Below, one piece after another: positions 58,596 to 64,000 of a DNA stretch of 64,000 nt. The translations under genes were made by a program, and so were the position numbers. The DNA comes from a virus. The notes under the pieces were generated by a model, which saw only the letters and a list, made by a program, of their open reading frames with translations, did no database searches and was not told the DNA's origin. The DNA lies in IMG/VR virus record IMGVR_UViG_3300045988_122711. The stretch is one strand, 5' to 3'. Position 1 is the stretch's first letter. The number at the start of each line of letters is the position of its first letter.

Positions 58596-59405
58596 TTAAA
58601 TACTTAACTCTTCAATGGTCAAGCCTTTTTCTTTTGCCCACTTTAGCATCGCGCATAATTCTGTTTCTGACTTATATTTCGGATCACGCCACGCCCATCC
58701 GAATTTATCCAGGACATGATGATATAATTCGTCGGCCTTTGCCGTGTAAATGTCTTTGAATAAATGCTCCGAACCTTCCGGTATAAGCATCTCTGTTGTT
58801 GCAAAATCGGAATACGATAAACATCCGTAAGCATATTCTGTTATTTCACTCCATGCTTCTCCGGCTTTAAATCCAAATTCTTTTACAAAAGCCAAAGTTA
58901 GATACATATTTAATAATATTGTTACATCATATCCGGAATCCGACTTTCTTTCTATTATTTCCTTTTCAAATTCCTTTAAATCTTCAGGTCCTAAAAAGAT
59001 GTATCCTGATACCGACCGGTAATTAGTCTCCGCATACTTCTTGCATTTATCATCATTGACAATCTTACTAATGTTAGATAACATCTTTTGCCTCCATTCA
59101 TCACAAAACTCTACCTCTACGTTCATCCAATCAGTACCATAATTATATTCTTTCGGATATCCGACCGATGTTACCTTTATACTATTCACGCCATATCCGT
59201 AAAGGCGTTCACTTACCTCATTCGCCCATTCCTGTACAAAAGGAATAAACTTATTGTAATAAGAATCAAAATCAAAATCCGATTCCTCCTCATATTCTGG
59301 CATCTCTTCATAATCCTGTTCAAAGAAATGACGAGGATCTGCTATTGTTTCGTAGAAACTTACGTTAATGAAACAAAACTCGTTGGTTGTCGTTTTTAAT
59401 ATCAT
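58596..59405 (-). CDS. hypothetical protein
   Basis: ORF. Confidence 0.45.
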   Translation of the reverse strand: MILKTTTNEFCFINVSFYETIADPRHFFEQDYEEMPEYEEESDFDFDSYYNKFIPFVQEWANEVSERLYGYGVNSIKVTSVGYPKEYNYGTDWMNVEVEFCDEWRQKMLSNISKIVNDDKCKKYAETNYRSVSGYIFLGPEDLKEFEKEIIERKSDSGYDVTILLNMYLTLAFVKEFGFKAGEAWSEITEYAYGCLSYSDFATTEMLIPEGSEHLFKDIYTAKADELYHHVLDKFGWAWRDPKYKSETELCAMLKWAKEKGLTIEELSI

Positions 59406-59656
59406 AACTTTTTGTATTTACGTACATTTTTCTTGCCATAGAATCTACACATGGCACGAATCTGACTATAAAATACTTTTGTCCTCCTGGCCTCAAAGTA
59501 TTTAAACATTTCTTCATTCTTTGTTTCCCAAACGTAATCCGTTTGGGAACTCATGCGATCTTTCTCCTTGCGTGAATAATGGTAATATGATACCACAACA
59601 CGTTTCATACCATTCTTTACAGGTACGATATTTACGTCTATACTATTCTCTGTCAT
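59402..59656 (-). CDS. hypothetical protein
   Basis: ORF. Confidence 0.35.
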   Translation of the reverse strand: MTENSIDVNIVPVKNGMKRVVVSYYHYSRKEKDRMSSQTDYVWETKNEEMFKYFEARRTKVFYSQIRAMCRFYGKKNVRKYKKL

Positions 59657-59679
59657 ATTATTATTGTTTTATGCATTAT

Positions 59680-59718
59680 ACAAATACAAAGAGCGCATAC
59701 CTTCACAGGCCGGCGCTC
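59680..59718 (-). terminator. probable rho-independent terminator (minus strand)
   Basis: GAGCGC...GCGCTC stem followed by U-rich tract on minus strand. Confidence 0.45.
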
Positions 59719-59775
59719 CTTTCAATAAAAATGAAAAAACTAATATTACATAAACATATTGTTTTCTACTCTTTA

Positions 59776-60009
59776 TTACAATACTTTTGTTCCGCAATTA
59801 TTATATCTTCCGTACTCTTTTTTCGTATCATTCAAGATTTCAAAAACCATCTTCTTGTGATCTTCGTTTGGTAACCTATCCTTAACAGCCGATATTACGC
59901 CCGCTATAGACGTAAAGCCTGAATCTGTTATTGAACACAGCAACACGCCTCTGTCGGCTCCGGTGCTTATTGCTGACGCCTTTATAATATCATTCTTGTA
60001 TATTCTCAT
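59776..60009 (-). CDS. hypothetical protein
   Basis: ORF. Confidence 0.35.
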   Translation of the reverse strand: MRIYKNDIIKASAISTGADRGVLLCSITDSGFTSIAGVISAVKDRLPNEDHKKMVFEILNDTKKEYGRYNNCGTKVL

Positions 60010-60187
60010 AATCTTTTGTTTTATTATCTACAAACTTATCTATATCGTCTCTTATTCTTTTTAGCACTCCGGCTATAATTTCCGGCATCTCTCCTTCGGT
60101 ACGGTTCAGAGTTTCTATCACCCCATCAATCCTACCAATTTGACGCCATAAGAAATTGGCGTCTTTCGCATTAAATTCCCCCATCAT
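59990..60187 (-). CDS. hypothetical protein
   Basis: ORF. Confidence 0.3.
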   Translation of the reverse strand: MMGEFNAKDANFLWRQIGRIDGVIETLNRTEGEMPEIIAGVLKRIRDDIDKFVDNKTKDYENIQE

Positions 60188-60419
60188 GTCTTATTTTACA
60201 GTAAACAACTTGCTTTTTTAAGCACCAGTCTTGCGATTCTGAGAGTGAACACCGTTCGGAGTTGTTAAAAAATATACAATCTTTGCAGAACATAAGAGGA
60301 TCTTCGTCGTCACCAACTACTTTGACATCATACTCTATGCCATACAATTTTAATCTAAATACATCTCCTGCTTCTTTAGAAGATAAATCCATGTCTGGAC
60401 TGAATGTTATTACTTCCAT
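60171..60419 (-). CDS. hypothetical protein
   Basis: ORF; conserved upstream motif. Confidence 0.4.
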   Translation of the reverse strand: MEVITFSPDMDLSSKEAGDVFRLKLYGIEYDVKVVGDDEDPLMFCKDCIFFNNSERCSLSESQDWCLKKQVVYCKIRHDGGI

Positions 60420-60439
60420 ATGATTATGATTTATTGTTT

Positions 60440-60469
60440 GTGAGATTCCTGGAATCGAACCAGAACCGA
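60440..60469 (-). promoter_or_regulatory. conserved promoter-like element copy A (TCGGTTCTGGTTCGATTCCAGGAATCTCAC), tRNA T-arm-like
   Basis: 29 nt upstream of ATG 60419; family of >=3 copies. Confidence 0.45.
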
Positions 60470-60512
60470 CACATACATACCGGCACGCCGCGCCATCCCT
60501 CTATGATACAGA

Positions 60513-60528
60513 AATAGGCATGCCTATT
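60513..60528. promoter_or_regulatory. perfect 16-bp palindrome AATAGGCATGCCTATT (operator-like)
   Basis: seen directly; intergenic, ~95 nt upstream of gene 60419. Confidence 0.4.
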
Positions 60529-60592
60529 CTCACGAACCGACATGCCAAAACCCAAAACTTAATTTGATGAATAAAATAGATTAACAAAAATA

Positions 60593-60907
60593 CTATTCTA
60601 ATTCTTTTATAATGTCTTTTACGATATTTAGCCTCACCTCCTTCGTTTCTGGACTAATACTGCCAAACCATCCATATATCCTCCATTCTTCTTCTGGTTC
60701 TGTAGCCATACTTTTCTTTTCCTCCAATTCCGGGAAATATATTCTCACCATTTCGTCTGAACGAAACTCATAAATATTTTTATGTTTTTTGAAATACATA
60801 AACACTACATTTCTTAACGCAACACATATGTATTCCCCATCCTCTTGCCAATCAATCATCTCATATACCTTTTTCCAAATGAATAATCGCTCTTCTTTTG
60901 TAAACAT
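60593..60907 (-). CDS. hypothetical protein
   Basis: ORF. Confidence 0.4.
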   Translation of the reverse strand: MFTKEERLFIWKKVYEMIDWQEDGEYICVALRNVVFMYFKKHKNIYEFRSDEMVRIYFPELEEKKSMATEPEEEWRIYGWFGSISPETKEVRLNIVKDIIKELE

Positions 60908-60915
60908 ATCTTTCT

Positions 60916-61263
60916 TTATTTTTGTGGTATTATTTGACTGTACGCAGACTTTTCCATGTACACAACACTATGTTCCTGTCCAGGTATTTTCTTTGCTGCT
61001 TCTTTCTTTATCGCACAATATCTCCCTGTACGATACGGATTCTTTTGATCTGATCCATCCTCGACTTCGATAATAAAACAACCTCCGTCATCTATTATCT
61101 TTTTGCAATTGTCACATACTCCGCCCGTGCATATATGATGCGGCGCCTGCCCTTTGATGTTATTCCCTAATAAAGCAATCCCCATCTCTTCGCCACATAT
61201 CATGCAGACTTCTATAGACGGATTCAATCCGTGTTCTGGATGTAATGTAATACCATCTTTCAT
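60916..61263 (-). CDS. hypothetical Cys-rich protein
   Basis: ORF; AGGAGG 8 nt upstream; conserved upstream motif. Confidence 0.45.
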   Translation of the reverse strand: MKDGITLHPEHGLNPSIEVCMICGEEMGIALLGNNIKGQAPHHICTGGVCDNCKKIIDDGGCFIIEVEDGSDQKNPYRTGRYCAIKKEAAKKIPGQEHSVVYMEKSAYSQIIPQK

Positions 61264-61292
61264 TTTCTTTCCTCCTTTGTTTTTAATGTTGT

Positions 61293-61320
61293 GTGAGATC
61301 GCCGGAATCGAACCGACCTA
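61293..61320 (-). promoter_or_regulatory. conserved promoter-like element copy B (GTAGGTCGGTTCGATTCCGGCGATCTCACAC)
   Basis: 40 nt upstream of ATG 61263, preceded by hairpin with GTCTGCGAAGAT loop. Confidence 0.45.
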
Positions 61321-61407
61321 CCGCACCATGAATCCCATAAAGCAAGTGCTCCGATCTTCGCAGACGGGAGCACTCTGTCTAAAGCATAAGAAAATTAATG
61401 AAGAAAT

Positions 61408-61488
61408 TTTTCTCACTTACGCCATAGCATCTAAAATAGCTATCAGCACTATTTCTATGACAAACATAATAGAAAATATCTTAAATGC
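61408..61488 (-). CDS. 26-aa hydrophobic peptide (speculative)
   Basis: ATG ORF MKKAFKIFSIMFVIEIVLIAILDAMA between gene 61494 and hairpin. Confidence 0.2.
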
Positions 61489-61493
61489 CTTTT

Positions 61494-61817
61494 TCATATC
61501 GCTATCTCCTTCTTCTTTATGTTTATAGTTCTTCTATACAGGATCTCTCCGGTCGTAATATCCTGTGCACTTACACTAATACGAACACAGTCCTTTAACC
61601 AACTCGGTCTGTATTTAAGCAATTCTTTAGCACTCGTTCTTAATATCATCTCTTTGGCATCTGATACCGGCATAGACCTGTTGCTTATTAGCCTACTACT
61701 TTCCGAACCTGTAGAAGATACCCAATTTATCCAAATATAATGTATTGTCCTTTCCATCTTTTTTCTTTTTACGTTCCACAATAAACTGTCCTGGCTCTGC
61801 TCCGACCTACGTTCCAC
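61494..61817 (-). CDS. hypothetical protein
   Basis: ORF; weaker copy of upstream motif (GTAGGTCGGAGCAGAGCCAGG) 45 nt 5' of ATG. Confidence 0.35.
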   Translation of the reverse strand: MERRSEQSQDSLLWNVKRKKMERTIHYIWINWVSSTGSESSRLISNRSMPVSDAKEMILRTSAKELLKYRPSWLKDCVRISVSAQDITTGEILYRRTINIKKKEIAI

Positions 61818-61888
61818 CTACAACCGCAGGCCTTAGCCCAAGGCGCCGCCTACTCCCCCTCTATGGCAGCCTGTTCGTACCTACAACA

Positions 61889-62110
61889 TCAGTCTCCATC
61901 TATACAACTATTGCTATGTGATAACAAACATTTATTCTTATAACAATCATCAAAAATACACCTATCACAACTGTAATCCTTAACTTCTACACAGTTAACT
62001 ACCTTAGCATATACTATACCATCACTACCTTCTATTCCTTTCACCCCAAAAATAGAACCTTCTACCTCCTTACTCAAATCTAAGTCAGGCGCAAAGTCAT
62101 ATACGTTCAT
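61889..62110 (-). CDS. hypothetical Cys-rich protein
   Basis: ORF. Confidence 0.35.
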   Translation of the reverse strand: MNVYDFAPDLDLSKEVEGSIFGVKGIEGSDGIVYAKVVNCVEVKDYSCDRCIFDDCYKNKCLLSHSNSCIDGD

Positions 62111-62181
62111 GTTGTTTATGTTTTAATTGTTATACATTCCGATTGAAAAAAATACTCACATAATACAGTCCTTAACCCTTA

Positions 62182-62390
62182 CCTACAGAATACTGTTTTA
62201 AAAACGCTGTAAGTCTTAATTTTGTTGGAAAATTCTACATTATGCTGTTTTAAAGCACTGCAATCCTTAATTTTGTTTGAAGAACCTACAGAATGCTGTT
62301 TTAAAACGCTGATCTGTTGAATTTTGCGGGAAGAACCTACAGAATGCTGTTTTAAAACGCTGATCTGTTGAATTTTGCGGGAAGAGAGTG
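62182..62390. repeat. four tandem ~51-bp direct repeats (two perfect, two diverged): CCTACAGAATGCTGTTTTAAAACGCTGATCTGTTGAATTTTGCGGGAAGAA
   Basis: period 51 seen directly; units at ~62182, 62234, 62285, 62336. Confidence 0.85.
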
Positions 62391-62569
62391 CCCTCCCTCT
62401 CCCCCTCTCCAACCCCGTCTAATCCTCTGTCTTTCCGCATAGAACCTGCGCTCTCGGTCTCACTACAGGCATACGGAGAGCGCTACAAGCTTATACTCTG
62501 GCATGAAGTATGGGGTATTTAGAGATAATATCATTCCATAGAGAGAATAGAGAGCCTTCAGCCCACGCC

Positions 62570-62755
62570 CTACCGCCTGCTCCTCCTATCAAGATAGATA
62601 TTTAAGCCTATAATCAAAGCCAATAAAGAAAAGCAAAAGACCATTACAATATTATACTGATCCGGTCCGTACTCCAACATAGAGCGAATACCAACCGACA
62701 GAAAATACAAGTCAGCTACTAATAAAAACCACCACATAAAATAAAAAAAATACAA
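62570..62755 (-). CDS. small two-TM membrane protein (speculative)
   Basis: hydrophobic ORF in otherwise non-coding region. Confidence 0.25.
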   Translation of the reverse strand: MYFFYFMWWFLLVADLYFLSVGIRSMLEYGPDQYNIVMVFCFSLLALIIGLNIYLDRRSRR

Positions 62756-63108
62756 TAAGTATGTCCGAAAATACGGGGATTATAAAACCTAACTAATTGA
62801 TAATCAAGCATACATAATTTTTAAGAAAAATACAATAAGCCTAATTTTCAATCTATAGAGACGAAAAAGGCGGAATCCGGAACCCTATTTTTGGCCAGAA
62901 AACCGCATAAAGTTTCGTTTTAGACCAATTTTAACGACATGATATAGACAAAATACCGGCATTATATCCAAACTATCCTATTTTAGTTTCGTTTTAGACC
63001 AATATAGCTTACATCCGCCGTTCACTCTCAGAATATCCTACCCGTAAATAGAAAGAGTAGGATACAAAAATAGGGCTGCTCCGATATTCGAAACAACCCT
63101 ACTCCTGT

Positions 63109-63315
63109 TTAAATACTGTTTATGTTTTCCTTCACGTAAGTTCGTGATGTATGGACTTTACGTTTGCATTTGTCCTTTCCCGTATCGGCATGATACGCTT
63201 CTTTGAGATCACGATACAACATAAATTCCCGATACGCTCTTTTCCGCTTTTCTTTAGCTTCTTTCCTGGACAGACCGCGGACGTCTACCATATAAGATTT
63301 AAATTTCCTTTCCAT
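63109..63315 (-). CDS. small basic protein (possible DNA-binding regulator)
   Basis: ORF, Lys/Arg-rich. Confidence 0.35.
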   Translation of the reverse strand: MERKFKSYMVDVRGLSRKEAKEKRKRAYREFMLYRDLKEAYHADTGKDKCKRKVHTSRTYVKENINSI

Positions 63316-63340
63316 TTTCTTTATGCTTTAATTATGATTA

Positions 63341-63510
63341 ACTCCAGCGGTTAAGAGCTTCGATATAGAAACCCTCCGCCTCTTTATACTCATTTTCACT
63401 GAGTGTTTCCACCGTCTCGATATAGTTACGCAATGTTATTTTTACGCAGATGTTTTTAGATTTATTGAACGCTTCAGTTAAAGCGTTGATCATTTCTTTC
63501 TTTTCCATGT
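63341..63510 (-). CDS. small hypothetical protein (56 aa)
   Basis: ATG ORF MEKKEMINALTEAF...; conserved motif 34 nt upstream. Confidence 0.3.
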
Positions 63511-63532
63511 TATTATATTGTTTATAATTTAG

Positions 63533-63560
63533 AGGTTGCTCCGGAATCGAACCGAACGCG
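63533..63560 (-). promoter_or_regulatory. conserved promoter-like element copy C (CGCGTTCGGTTCGATTCCGGAGCAACCTC)
   Basis: 34 nt upstream of ATG 63510. Confidence 0.4.
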
Positions 63561-64000
63561 CATTCCTATCCTGTACGAATTTTATGCTACAACCAACAGC
63601 CCGTAATTAGTACGTAGTTCTTGTGTACAGGCCCGTACTATGTTGTTATTATATTTTCCGTCTGCTACACAACTTAGCCACAAATAAAGGCGATTGTGTC
63701 CTTGCGTTTTGATACGGCACGTACCTACATGGTAGGCTACATGCTTGTACCCTGTAATTTAATCTACAGCCTTGTTCTATTTTTCGTGTAAGCAAGTAAG
63801 ACACGTTTCGATCTGGAGATAAACCTCGTACAACGGCATGTTTTCCAAACTGTAATCACATACCTAACATAAACTATACCTATTCGGATAGTCCATGCAG
63901 TAATACCAGCCCTTTAATTGCCAACGGCAAGGGCAACGGTATATCTATCTCCAATATGTAAAATAACTCTCTATTTTGTCAGCTTCAGTCTAAAGCATAC

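Noticed and set aside
62182-62390. Possible CRISPR array
   Set aside because: Units are contiguous 51-bp tandem repeats with no unique spacers, and there are no cas genes; classified as iteron-like tandem repeat.
62179-62412. 77-aa ORF (track) with repeated SRKIQQISVLKQHSVGSS peptide
   Set aside because: Peptide periodicity simply mirrors the 51-bp DNA repeats; translation artefact.
60440-63600. Three tRNA genes on the minus strand suggested by the perfect T-arm sequence GGTTCGATTCC at 60449, 61303 and 63543
   Set aside because: Hand-folding finds a T-arm and a 7-nt 3' acceptor strand but no complementary 5' acceptor strand at tRNA distance and no D-arm or anticodon arm. The only 5' partners (GTGAGAA) lie 93-125 nt away. 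All copies sit at a fixed distance upstream of ORF starts, so they are interpreted as a promoter or leader motif instead. Should still be run through tRNAscan-SE.
22122-64000. Integrase / attachment site that would indicate a prophage junction
   Set aside because: No tyrosine or serine recombinase motif found in any ORF in the window; the T-arm-like motifs are not accompanied by an integrase, so an attP interpretation was not adopted.

Overview
This 64-kb window is AT-rich (roughly mid-30s % GC by eye) and looks like part of a large tailed-phage genome or prophage. Genes are densely packed and often overlap at start/stop (ATGA-type junctions). Shine-Dalgarno sequences are mostly absent, and several gene starts sit about 20 nt downstream of TAnnTTTG boxes, the Bacteroidetes sigma-A -7 motif, so a Bacteroidetes host is likely. 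The window has two convergent blocks separated by a perfect 15-bp-stem hairpin at 22034-22078. PLUS block (1-22032): two small genes whose 5' regions are duplicated (the MRRR[FY] family), large structural-looking ORFs (752 aa and 2148 aa), a TnpB-like RuvC-family protein, a Bro-N/KilA-C antirepressor, an odd Gly/Asn/Cys low-complexity protein, an RGG/ER-repeat protein and an operon of small ORFs. MINUS block (22122-63510, ~90 small genes): a replication/nucleotide module (C5 DNA methyltransferase, SF2 helicase, Cas4-like Fe-S PD-(D/E)XK nuclease, DnaB-like ATPase, primase-like protein, second nuclease), a flotillin(SPFH)-NfeD-acyl-carrier-protein cluster, a minimal ABC ATPase, a nucleotidyltransferase-fold protein and a tandem paralog pair. 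The right end (62.1-64 kb) is largely non-coding, with four 51-bp tandem repeats, hairpins and GC-rich structured islands. A tRNA T-arm-like motif (GGTTCGATTCC) recurs 30-40 nt upstream of at least three leftward genes, with a weaker fourth copy upstream of the 61817 gene; it is more likely a phage promoter or 5'-UTR element than a tRNA. No rRNA, CRISPR, integrase or convincing tRNA cloverleaf was found. Top candidate for a novel system: the TnpB-like protein at 5072-6259, which has lost the Zn finger and apparently the RuvC-II glutamate, together with its structured downstream non-coding region. This could be a TldR-like RNA-guided regulator carried by the phage.
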